Assembly: GCA_016184455.1 (NCBI GenBank)
Contig: JACPCS010000112.1
Coordinates: 4,822-68,821, forward strand
Direction: 5' to 3'
DNA: 64,000 nt
From: Acidobacteriota bacterium
GTDB taxonomy: Bacteria; Acidobacteriota; Vicinamibacteria; Vicinamibacterales; UBA2999
The position numbers and the translations under genes are program-made. The notes beneath the pieces were generated by a model. It had not been told where the DNA came from, ran no database searches, and worked only from the letters and a program-made list of their open reading frames with translations. The number at the start of each line of letters is the position of its first letter. Position 1 is the first letter of the stretch. Positions 1-8,757 of the stretch are shown here, one piece after another.

Positions 1-286
1 GGCTGTGAGCCAATCGTGCCACTTGCGGAAACAGGCGACCGTCAACGAGCGAGGCGATCAGGTCACGAATGGTCTTTCGCTCGACCAGCACTTCGCCGTT
101 CACCAAGTAATCGCCGGTAGCCAGACGTTCCATCCGCACGTCGAACCAGCCGCTCCGACACACCGCGTCCAGCAATACCGAGTCGCGCTCGGAGTGATCG
201 ACAGCGAGCTGATGGACAGAGTCAGGGATGCCCGGCGACGTCGTGATCCGTGAAGCAAGCGACCCCTTCGTTCTTCGCGCGTCCAT
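1..286 (-). CDS. ERCC4 (XPF/Mus81-family) nuclease domain protein, 3'-partial (runs off window)
   Basis: Not in the ORF track. Hand translation from ATG at 286: MDARRTKG...LAVDHSE...ERLATGDYLVNGEVLVERKTIRDLIASLVDGRLFPQVARL, containing the GD-x(n)-ERK-x3-D and DGRLxxQ ERCC4 signature. Confidence 0.8.
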   Translation of the reverse strand, partial: MDARRTKGSLASRITTSPGIPDSVHQLAVDHSERDSVLLDAVCRSGWFDVRMERLATGDYLVNGEVLVERKTIRDLIASLVDGRLFPQVARLAHS

Positions 287-352
287 ATCCGATTCCGCAC
301 GACGACGATGTCATCGTCGCCAGACGAGAATCAAGCGGAAAGGATTCCCGAT

Positions 353-961
353 TCAGGCTTTCCTCTCTTCCTTCAGAAGTGGGCCTCCGATGACCTCGAT
401 GCTGTCGTCCACGAACGCCCGAAGCGTGAAGCCCTCGAAGGACATCAACAGCCGGCCCACCTGATCCCAGGTGAAGGGTCGGCCGTCGATGACCAACAGC
501 GGAATCTCCCCGGCGCGGTCAGGATCCGACGTGATGCGGCCGACGAGATGACGTGCGTCCGTGATCCGCCAGCCGAGCTCGCCTCGCTCCACGTGGCGGA
601 CGGCGAGTCCATGCTGAATCCGGTCGTACAGCAACCTGAATAGGTCCCACGGGTTGGCGTCGAAGTCGCCGAGGACGGAGAACTCGTAGCCCTCTTGCCC
701 CTCGGGCACGCGCTCTCGCGCATACAGGGCGTGACCTGTAGGCACGAGCATCGATCGGAACTCGAACGTGTGCTCGACGTCATCAGCGTCTGCGACGGTG
801 ACTGGCTGCAGCGGCGTGTTATCGAAGTCGACACTCATCATCGCTGCCGTCTCCTCGTTGAAGCACCGGTAGCAGCGGAGGCCGACGTTGGCGACGGAAA
901 TCCTCTCGTGTGATTTCAGCGGCTGTCCGCAGCGTCCACACAGGTCTTGTTCCGGCATCAC
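353..961 (-). CDS. Hypothetical protein with N-terminal CxxC...CxxC (putative Zn-binding) motif
   Basis: 202 aa ORF with CGRC and CYRC motifs and protein-like composition; co-oriented with the ERCC4 gene. Confidence 0.65.
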   Translation of the reverse strand: MMPEQDLCGRCGQPLKSHERISVANVGLRCYRCFNEETAAMMSVDFDNTPLQPVTVADADDVEHTFEFRSMLVPTGHALYARERVPEGQEGYEFSVLGDFDANPWDLFRLLYDRIQHGLAVRHVERGELGWRITDARHLVGRITSDPDRAGEIPLLVIDGRPFTWDQVGRLLMSFEGFTLRAFVDDSIEVIGGPLLKEERKA

Positions 962-1250
962 GGTCCTCTCAGAGTTTGACGGGTCACTCGCAACGATTCG
1001 CGCGCCGACTCATTATCTCGAGTGGCACTGCGCAGCGCTGCACAGTGAGCTGCTGTTTTCCTGATCGTCCGCCACCGTGTCTCATTCGTGTCTCATCGAG
1101 ACTCCGCGAACCTGCCGAGTTGTTTCGCTAACACGTTGGAGATGAACCACTTGCGGTGGGTAGCCTCCGACACGGACAACGTGGGCCACGAACCGGGTGA
1201 ACCTGGTCGATTGTGAAAGCCGCCAAGTCGTTGTAGTCGAAGGAGATGAT

Positions 1251-1324
1251 TGGCTGGGAGGCAGGGATTCGAACCCCGATAACGTGGTCCAGAGCCACGT
1301 GTCCTACCGTTGAACGACCTCCCA
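1251..1324 (-). tRNA. trnQ: tRNA-Gln (anticodon CTG)
   Basis: Reverse complement TGGGAGGTCGTTCAACGGTAGGACACGTGGCTCTGGACCACGTTATCGGGGTTCGAATCCCTGCCTCCCAGCCA: cloverleaf, GTTCGAATC T-loop, encoded CCA. Confidence 0.96.
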
Positions 1325-1466
1325 GTGCTTGGGCGCGGGCGGGACTGCGCTCGGCGCCGAACGCCGCTGGCGCAGGAACCACCGATTGTACAAAGAAAAA
1401 GCGGCCCGGCGCAAACCACGCGGCGCGCCGGCCGCTCGAGCGTAACTCGTCGCGGACTCGCGACGA

Positions 1467-1736
1467 CTAGCGAATGTCTTCGCCTTGGTCCTCGCCGCCC
1501 GTGCGCTCGATCATCCCCGGCGAGCCCAGCTCGCCGCTCATGCCGGTCGGCCCCTCCTGCATCTCCTTGCGTCGCTGATGGCTCGCCATCCCGCCCTTGC
1601 GTCCGGCCTCCCGCGCCTCCTCGCTGGTCCACTCGTGAGCCGTTCCCTTCTGGTGGGCCGCCTTGCCCCCCTTGCTGGCAATCTCACGCTGCTTCGCGCG
1701 GTCCATCGAGGCAAATCCACGATCCTCTTTAGCCAC
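1467..1736 (-). CDS. KGG-motif general stress protein (YciG/GsiB-like)
   Basis: GTG start at 1736 with GGAGGT RBS; RGFASMD..KQREIASKGGKAAH and EEAREAGRKGG repeats. Confidence 0.88.
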   Translation of the reverse strand: MAKEDRGFASMDRAKQREIASKGGKAAHQKGTAHEWTSEEAREAGRKGGMASHQRRKEMQEGPTGMSGELGSPGMIERTGGEDQGEDIR

Positions 1737-1987
1737 ACTGACCTCCTGCCACATCCACGTCCGCGTCCCACCGCGCGCGCGCCCGGCTCCGTGCACCACC
1801 CGGCGGGCTCGCGCGGCGATGGCTGCAACGGCAGTGCCACGCCTCAAGAGGCGGTGACGCGTAACCCTCAGCAATATGGGAACTGAGCGACACACTTTCT
1901 CCGGCGGCCATGGCCGGCGTGCGACGGCACGCCTCATGTGATGCGCGCGAGCTCAGCGCGGGACGCAGTCGATCTGGGCTGATTTGC

Positions 1988-3454
1988 TCAGGAAATGCCG
2001 CGCGCGTTGCGCATGGCCAGGAAGTTGACGAGCCGCTCGATCCGCGCGACGGACCGATCGCGGCCGAGGATCACGATGATCTCGAACAGACCCGGACTGG
2101 TCGTGCGACCGGTGAGCGCCACACGCGTCGCATGGATGAGCACACCCGCCTTGATGCCCCGTTCAGCTGCCGTTCCACGCACCGCCGCTTCCACATGTGG
2201 CTCATCGAAGGGATCAGCCGTGCCGAGCGCCGCTGCCAGCGCCTCGAGATGCGCCGCGACGTCGGGCGCACGCAGATGCTGCTCCACCGCCGCCGGCTCG
2301 TACTCAACCGTATCAACCAGGAACGGCCGCGCCAACTCGACGAAGTCGGTGAGACGCCTGGCGCGCGGCCGCAGCAGATCGAGCAGCCGATACCACCACG
2401 CGGCGTCGGCGGGCACCGCGAAACCCGCATCACGCAGCAGCGGCGCGACCGCACCTGCGAGCTCACGGGCGGGAAGCCGCGCGATGTACTGCCCATTCAT
2501 CCAGTCGAGCTTCTCGACGTTGAAGACGGCGTTGCCGCCGCTGATCCCTTCGAGCGAGAAGCTCGCGACGAGCTCCTCGACCGACATCAGCTCGCGGTCG
2601 TCGCCGGGCGACCAGCCAAGCAGCGCGAGGAAGTTGACCATCGCCGCCGGCAGGTAGCCCTGGCGGCGGTACTCGGTGACCGAGGTGGCGCCGTGACGCT
2701 TGCTCAGCCGCTTCTTGTCGCCGCCGAGGATGAGCGGCACGTGCGCGAAGGTCGGCGGCACGGCGCCAAGCGCTTCGAAGAGCAGCAGGTGCTTCGGCGT
2801 GTTCGAGATGTGGTCGTCGCCGCGAATCACGTGCGTGATCCGCATCTCGACATCGTCGACAACGACGGACAGGTGATATGTCGGGTGATGATCCGAACGC
2901 AGGATGACGAAGTCCTCGATCGCGCGCGGGTCGAAGGCGATCGGTCCGTGCACCACGTCGTCGAACGCCGCGTGCGTCTCGGGGACCTTGAAACGAATCG
3001 CCCGCGGCGCGCCGGCGCGCTCCAGCTCGCTGCGGCGCTCCGGCGGGAGCGAGAGACACGCGCGATCGTACTGCCACGCTTCGCCGCGCGCTTCCGCCTT
3101 CTCGCGCTCGTCCCGCAGCCGCTCGGGTGAGCAGTAGCAGTCATAGGCGTGGCCGCCCGCCACGAGGCGTGCGGCAGCGGCGCGGTACCGGTCGAGCCGC
3201 TCCGACTGGAAGTACGGCCCATGCGCGCCACCGACCTCCGGCCCCTCGTCCCAGTCGAGGCCGAGCCAGCGCAGCCCGTCGAGGATGCCGGTCACCATGT
3301 CGGCCGACGAGCGCTGCACGTCGGTATCTTCGATGCGGAGGACGAACGTGCCGCCGTGCCGGCGTGCGAAGAGCCAATTGAAGAGCGCCGTGCGCGCGCC
3401 GCCGACGTGCAGGTACCCCGTCGGTGACGGCGCAAAGCGGACGCGCGGGGGCAC
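1988..3454 (-). CDS. gltX: Glutamate--tRNA ligase
   Basis: RVRFAPSPTGYLHVGG (HIGH-like), LRIEDTD, ITHVIRGDDH and RLSKR (KMSKS-like) motifs; start trimmed to GTG 3454. Confidence 0.95.
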   Translation of the reverse strand: MPPRVRFAPSPTGYLHVGGARTALFNWLFARRHGGTFVLRIEDTDVQRSSADMVTGILDGLRWLGLDWDEGPEVGGAHGPYFQSERLDRYRAAAARLVAGGHAYDCYCSPERLRDEREKAEARGEAWQYDRACLSLPPERRSELERAGAPRAIRFKVPETHAAFDDVVHGPIAFDPRAIEDFVILRSDHHPTYHLSVVVDDVEMRITHVIRGDDHISNTPKHLLLFEALGAVPPTFAHVPLILGGDKKRLSKRHGATSVTEYRRQGYLPAAMVNFLALLGWSPGDDRELMSVEELVASFSLEGISGGNAVFNVEKLDWMNGQYIARLPARELAGAVAPLLRDAGFAVPADAAWWYRLLDLLRPRARRLTDFVELARPFLVDTVEYEPAAVEQHLRAPDVAAHLEALAAALGTADPFDEPHVEAAVRGTAAERGIKAGVLIHATRVALTGRTTSPGLFEIIVILGRDRSVARIERLVNFLAMRNARGIS

Positions 3455-3517
3455 GGCCGCATTATTTCCTACCCGGGCACATTTCTGGCAGCCGCACGGT
3501 CCAGGAGGCTCTCTCAC

Positions 3518-4723
3518 ATGGCCAGTTATATCCGCGCTGCCGCGCTCGCGGCTGTGCTCCCGACGCTGCTCGTCGCCCAGACGCGGCAGACCGATGTCCT
3601 GTCGACCAAGTCCGGTCCTCTCCACGTCGAGCGGCTGGCGGCGCTCGAGTTCCCGTGGGGCATGGCCGTGCTCTCCGACGGACGCCTGCTCATCACCGAG
3701 AAGCCGGGGCGTCTCCGCATCTTTGCCAACGGCCGCCTCTCGCCGCCTGTCGAGAACGTCCCTGCGGTGTCCTATCGCGAGCGACCGAGCGAACAGGGGG
3801 GCCTGCTCGACGTGGCGATCGATCCCGACTTTGCGCGGAACGGACGGATCTACCTTTCGTACTCAGAGGCCGCGCCGCAGCAGTCTCCGGAACAGCGGGA
3901 AACCGGCGACCCGCGGTTCGGCGGATATCTCGATCTCACGGACAACCGGCTCGCCGGTGGCGCAGTGGCGCGCGCCGTGATCGACGGCAACCGGCTGCGC
4001 GACGTGCAGGTGATCTGGCGTCAGGAGCCGAAGACAATCGGCCGCGGTCATTTTGCCCATCGGCTCGTGTTCGGCCGCGACGGCACGCGCTTCATCACGT
4101 CGGGCGAGCGCATGCGCTTCGATCCGGCCCGGAGCCTCACGTCGAATCTCGGCAAGGTCGTGCGCATCAACGCGGATGGATCGATCCCCAAGGACAACCC
4201 GTTCGCCGGCAGGCGCGACGCGCGCGGCGACATCTGGAGCCTCGGCCACCGGAACATGCTGGCAGCGGCCGTGCACCCCGCGACGGGCGACCTCTGGGTC
4301 TGGGAGATGGGCCCGCTCGGCGGCGACGAGCTGAACATCATCAAACCCGGACGCAACTACGGGTGGCCGGTCGTGAGCAACGGCGACAACTACGACAAGT
4401 CGCCGATTCCGGACCATCGCACCCGGACGGAGTTCGAGGCGCCGATCCATTCGTGGACTCCGGTCATCTCGCCCTCGGGGGCGCTCTTCTCTCGCGGCTC
4501 GCTGCTGCCGTGGCGCGGCGACGCGGTCGTTGGTGGACTCTCGTCCAAGGCGATCATCCGGCTCACGCTCGACGGCGCCCGCATCGCCAACGAGGAGCGG
4601 ATCGACATGCAGCGGCGGATCCGCGACGTCGCCGAGGCGCCCGACGGCGCGCTCCTGCTGATCACCGATGACAAGAAGGGGGAGCTGCTGCGGCTGACGC
4701 CGGTGTCAGATGAAGATCGGTAA
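3518..4723 (+). CDS. PQQ-dependent sugar dehydrogenase (glucose/sorbosone dehydrogenase family), secreted
   Basis: Signal peptide; PWGMA, QGGLLDV, GHRN, GPxGGDELN, NYGWP and RIRDV motifs. Confidence 0.9.
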   Translation: MASYIRAAALAAVLPTLLVAQTRQTDVLSTKSGPLHVERLAALEFPWGMAVLSDGRLLITEKPGRLRIFANGRLSPPVENVPAVSYRERPSEQGGLLDVAIDPDFARNGRIYLSYSEAAPQQSPEQRETGDPRFGGYLDLTDNRLAGGAVARAVIDGNRLRDVQVIWRQEPKTIGRGHFAHRLVFGRDGTRFITSGERMRFDPARSLTSNLGKVVRINADGSIPKDNPFAGRRDARGDIWSLGHRNMLAAAVHPATGDLWVWEMGPLGGDELNIIKPGRNYGWPVVSNGDNYDKSPIPDHRTRTEFEAPIHSWTPVISPSGALFSRGSLLPWRGDAVVGGLSSKAIIRLTLDGARIANEERIDMQRRIRDVAEAPDGALLLITDDKKGELLRLTPVSDEDR

Positions 4724-4750
4724 GAACTGGATATAATCGCGCTCCCAGAG

Positions 4751-5134
4751 ATGGCGGACCCGAAGAGCGAGTCACCGAGGAAAGCGGAGCGTCGGCGGGC
4801 GGAGCGCGTCCGGTTGACCTTGCCCGTGCGCGTCAACGTGACGAACAAGGGCAGCCTGGTGGATTTGAGCGAGGGGGGCGCCCTGCTCCTGCTCGGGCGC
4901 TCCTACGATCCCGGTAAGCAGATCCCCGTCGCGATCGAGGCCCAGACCGGCACCATCCACCTGGCCGCGCGAGTCGTCCGCTGCACGCCGACGACCGGAC
5001 CCACCCAGCCGGCCACCGACGAGACGGCCTATCACGTGGCCGTCGAGTTCCTCGCGCTGCCTCCGGGTGCCGCCGACGCGCTGCGTCAGCTCCTGGGCCA
5101 GGACGACGGACGCACGGTGCTCTGGAACCGCTGA
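4751..5134 (+). CDS. Single-domain PilZ protein
   Basis: RRAER (RxxxR) and DLSEGG (DxSxxG) c-di-GMP-binding motifs. Confidence 0.85.
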   Translation: MADPKSESPRKAERRRAERVRLTLPVRVNVTNKGSLVDLSEGGALLLLGRSYDPGKQIPVAIEAQTGTIHLAARVVRCTPTTGPTQPATDETAYHVAVEFLALPPGAADALRQLLGQDDGRTVLWNR

Positions 5135-5135
5135 A

Positions 5136-5879
5136 TCAGAACCAGAGCTCGACCGCGGCGGTACCGCCCGGACGGACGATCACCGTATCCTGCGCGACCA
5201 CGTTGCCCGCGCCGGGGTTCGAGGTCTTCACGACGCGCACGGCGTGGAGCCCCATCGGAATATTCGAAAAGCTGAACGGCGCCGTCGACGCCGAGACCGA
5301 CGTCTGACTGCCGTCGGCCGCGTAATAGACATCCACGTGATAACCGACCGGGTCGACAATCGTCTTCTGGCCCTGCGTGGTCTTGACGGTCACGATGATA
5401 CTGCCCGTAATCGTCGGCGCCGCGGGCGGGTACACGATGTCGTCCGCCGTGTTGACCACGCCGTCGGTGCCCGCGCTCCGCACCTGCCCCGACGAGGCGC
5501 CCGTGTAAGGGCGTCCGAACCCGTCGTTCAGGTAGTCGGTCGCTGACGTGCCGACGTTGACATAGGGCCCGCGCCAGCCCATGCCGATGCTGCGCTCGGT
5601 GGCCGTCGTATACGACGGCAGGCTGCCCTGCTGCGCGAGCTCCTGGAACGAGGTGGGCAAGCGGCCGATGTCGCCGACGAAGCCGAATCGCGTTTCGCCC
5701 GACGAGGGCCCCACCATCGACTCGTACAGCACGCGTGCCTCGTCCTGCGTCGCCTGGATGCGCGACTCCCCGATTTGCTGGACGAAGGCCGGCGCGACGG
5801 CGGCAGCCAGGACGGCCAGCACGCCAAGAATCACGAGCAGCTCGATCAGCGTGAAACCTCGATTCGTCGCCGTTCTCAT
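5136..5879 (-). CDS. GspG-like prepilin/pseudopilin with a C-terminal beta-rich extension
   Basis: MRTATNRG|FTLIELLVILGVLAVL class III signal; GWRGPY, DGFGRPY and SAGTDG..ADDI motifs, followed by a ~90 aa extra domain. Confidence 0.85.
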   Translation of the reverse strand: MRTATNRGFTLIELLVILGVLAVLAAAVAPAFVQQIGESRIQATQDEARVLYESMVGPSSGETRFGFVGDIGRLPTSFQELAQQGSLPSYTTATERSIGMGWRGPYVNVGTSATDYLNDGFGRPYTGASSGQVRSAGTDGVVNTADDIVYPPAAPTITGSIIVTVKTTQGQKTIVDPVGYHVDVYYAADGSQTSVSASTAPFSFSNIPMGLHAVRVVKTSNPGAGNVVAQDTVIVRPGGTAAVELWF

Positions 5880-7093
5880 TGGATTACTCGCAGCAACTGG
5901 AAGAGCGGCAGGTAGAAGGCGAGCGCCATCAGCACGAACGTGCCGGCCAGCACGACCAGCATGATCGGGCCGAAGAGCGTCAGCGCGCGCTTGATGGTGC
6001 GCTCGACGTCGGCATCGAAGTACTTGCGCGTGTCCTCCAGGGCCTTTTCCATCCGGCCCGTCCGCTCGCCGAGCGCGATCATCTGAATCACCATCGGCGG
6101 GAACTCGCCGACCGCCCGCAGCGCACGCGAGAGCGATTCCCCGGCCATCACCCGCTGGACCGCCCGCCGGAACTGACTCGCCAGGTGCGCATGGCCGATC
6201 AGCTTCTCCACCAGCGTGAGCGACGGGGCGACCTCGAGGCCCGACTGGTGCAGCGTCGCAAAAGCGTGCGCGAACCGCGCGAGCGCGATCTTGCGGATGA
6301 GCTCGCCGACGATCGGTATCCGCGACACGATGCGGGACAGCCGTACGGATCCCTCGGGCGACTGGCCGTATACGCGGAGCGACACCACAACCGACAGGAT
6401 CCCGGTGAGGAAGATCGGCCAGTATCCGCGCAACACGGACGAGACCGCCATGACCATGCGCGTCGGGAGCGGCAGCGGGACCTGCGCGTTCAGTCGCTCG
6501 TAGACGTTGAGGAACCGCGGGATGGTGAAGCCGACGAGCACGAACGACAGCACCCCCAGCATGAAGATCACGATGATGGGGTAGGTGGCGACTTCGCGAA
6601 TGCGGTTGGCGAGCTCGGCCTGCCACTCGAGCTGCGCCACGAGATCTTCGAGCGCCCGCTCGATATTGCCGGTCGCCTCGCCCGCTTTGACGACGTTGAT
6701 GTACAGCTCGCTGAAGACCTTGGGGTGTCTGGCGAGGGCGGCCGAGAGCGCCTCGCCCGACTCGATGTCGCGACGCAGCGCGCCGACGATGCGCTTCATT
6801 GCCGGCTTGCGCAGCTCTTCCTCGATGTCCTGCAGGCCCTCGACGAGCCCGACGCCGGTCGCCATCACGGTCGACAGCTGGGTTGTGAACACGATCAGGT
6901 CCCGGCGGGTGACCCATTCGAGCACGCGAATCTCGGACAGGTTCGTGCCCGCGTCCGAGCCGGTCGAGGCGCGGACCAGGTAGTGCCCCTGCGCACGCAG
7001 GAGCGCCGCGAGCTGGTCCTCGGTGTCGGCGGCGGCGGTCCCCCGCACCTCGAGCCCGTTGTCGTCCACGCCCACGTAGCGGAAGTTCGGCAT
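5876..7093 (-). CDS. Type II secretion/type IV pilus inner-membrane platform protein (GspF/PilC family)
   Basis: MPNFRY start; two T2SSF domains (GEATGN, GERTGR); YP..V/PLPT and C-terminal YLPLF motifs. Confidence 0.93.
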   Translation of the reverse strand: MPNFRYVGVDDNGLEVRGTAAADTEDQLAALLRAQGHYLVRASTGSDAGTNLSEIRVLEWVTRRDLIVFTTQLSTVMATGVGLVEGLQDIEEELRKPAMKRIVGALRRDIESGEALSAALARHPKVFSELYINVVKAGEATGNIERALEDLVAQLEWQAELANRIREVATYPIIVIFMLGVLSFVLVGFTIPRFLNVYERLNAQVPLPLPTRMVMAVSSVLRGYWPIFLTGILSVVVSLRVYGQSPEGSVRLSRIVSRIPIVGELIRKIALARFAHAFATLHQSGLEVAPSLTLVEKLIGHAHLASQFRRAVQRVMAGESLSRALRAVGEFPPMVIQMIALGERTGRMEKALEDTRKYFDADVERTIKRALTLFGPIMLVVLAGTFVLMALAFYLPLFQLLRVIQ

Positions 7094-7098
7094 CGGTT

Positions 7099-8742
7099 CT
7101 ATTCGTACGCCACGCGCAGGACTTCTTCCAGCGTCGTCTGGCCGGCGGCCGCTTTCGCCAGCGCGTCGTCCATGAGCGTCGTCATGCCCGCGGCGACGGC
7201 CGCGCTCTTGACCTGGCGCGAGTCGCCGCGTTCGCGAATCAGCGTGTGAATCGCCGGGTCGATGACGAGCACCTCGAACACGCCCGTGCGGCCGCGGTAG
7301 CCGGTCTCGTTGCACCGGCTGCAGCCGCGGCCCCGCTGAAACTCGAGGCCCGAATCAGGGTTCGGGCCGACCTTCTTCAGCGTCTCCGCCGGGTAAGAGG
7401 CGGCCTCCTTGCAGTGCGGGCAGATCACCCGCACCAGCCGTTGTGCGATCACGCCTACAATCCCGGAGGCGAGCAGGTACGGCTCCAGTCCCATGTCCAT
7501 CAGACGGGGCACCGCGCCGGCCGAATCCTGCGTATGGAGCGTGCTGAAGACGAGAATCCCCGAGAGCGCCGCGCGCAGCGCGAGCTGCGCCGTTTCCGGA
7601 TCACGAATCTCGCCGATCATGATGATGTCGGGGTCCTGCCGCAGCAGCGCGCGAATCGCCGTCGCGTAGGTGAAGCCGGCCTTCGGGCGAACCTGCGTCT
7701 GGCGAATGGTCGGGATCTGGTACTCGACCGGATCCTCCACCGTGAGGATGTTTCGTTCCGTGCTCCCCAGGTATGCGAGCGCCGAGTAGAGCGTCGTCGT
7801 CTTGCCCGCCCCGGTCGGTCCGGTCACGAGCACGATGCCGCGCGACCGGCTGAGGATGTCGCGGAAGATCGCATACGTCGTGGGACTGAAGCCGAGCTCG
7901 GCAAGCCCGCGCACGAGCTTCTCTTTTTCGAGAATCCGGATCGCGACCTTCTCGCCGAAGGTGGTGGGGAAAGTCGCGACGCGCAGGTCGACGCGGCGCC
8001 CGTTCACCATCTGCGAGATCCGGCCGTCCTGCGGCAGCCGCTGCTCGGTGATGTCGAGGCCCGCGAGCACTTTGACGCGGCTGACGAGCGGCGCGTGCAG
8101 CTCCTTGGGAATCGTGTCGCTCGGGATGAGCACGCCGTCGATCCGATGGCGCACGCGGATCGTGAGGTCCTCGGGCTCGATGTGCAGATCCGTCGCGCCC
8201 CGGGCAATCGCGTCGTTGATGAGCAGCTCCAGCAGGCGGACGACCGGGGAGTCGATGGTAGCCACGTCGACCTGGGGCGTGCTGAGCGCGTCGACGCCTT
8301 CCTGCACGAGCTCGCTGACGCTGGATCGATCGGTGTACGAGCGCTCGATCAGGTTCAGCACGTCCTGTGCCCTGCCGCAGCTCACCCCCACCGGGCGCGA
8401 CACGAGCCGCTGGAGCTCGTCGACCGCGAGGACATCGAACGGATTGACCTGCAGGACCTCCAGCGTGCCGTTCTGCATCGTCAGCGGCACGAGCATGTAC
8501 TGCCGCGCGAACTGCTCGGGCACCATCGCGATGACGGATGGATCCGGCGTGAGGCCGTCGACCATCCTGAACGACACGCCGGCCTCCTGCGCCAGCGCGC
8601 GCGCGAGGTGCTCCTGGGTGATGAAGTTCAAGCCGAGCAGGATCTCGCCGAGCAAGGCTCCGCTGCTCCGCTGCTGCGCGAGCGCCTGCTCGAGCTGTGC
8701 GGACGTGATGATGCCGTCGGCGAGAAGTCGCTTCCCCAGCAC
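7099..8742 (-). CDS. Assembly ATPase, GspE/PilB family
   Basis: Walker A GPTGAGKT, TVEDPVE, RQDPDIIMIGEIRD, STLHT, tetracysteine CPHC/CSRC, MshEN-like N-terminus. Confidence 0.95.
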   Translation of the reverse strand: MLGKRLLADGIITSAQLEQALAQQRSSGALLGEILLGLNFITQEHLARALAQEAGVSFRMVDGLTPDPSVIAMVPEQFARQYMLVPLTMQNGTLEVLQVNPFDVLAVDELQRLVSRPVGVSCGRAQDVLNLIERSYTDRSSVSELVQEGVDALSTPQVDVATIDSPVVRLLELLINDAIARGATDLHIEPEDLTIRVRHRIDGVLIPSDTIPKELHAPLVSRVKVLAGLDITEQRLPQDGRISQMVNGRRVDLRVATFPTTFGEKVAIRILEKEKLVRGLAELGFSPTTYAIFRDILSRSRGIVLVTGPTGAGKTTTLYSALAYLGSTERNILTVEDPVEYQIPTIRQTQVRPKAGFTYATAIRALLRQDPDIIMIGEIRDPETAQLALRAALSGILVFSTLHTQDSAGAVPRLMDMGLEPYLLASGIVGVIAQRLVRVICPHCKEAASYPAETLKKVGPNPDSGLEFQRGRGCSRCNETGYRGRTGVFEVLVIDPAIHTLIRERGDSRQVKSAAVAAGMTTLMDDALAKAAAGQTTLEEVLRVAYE

Positions 8743-8757
8743 GGTCGTTTCCTGGGC

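Noticed and set aside
5880-6917. Long N-terminal extension of the 593-aa ORF 5136-6917
   Set aside because: It overlaps pilC in another frame; the class III signal places the true start at 5879.
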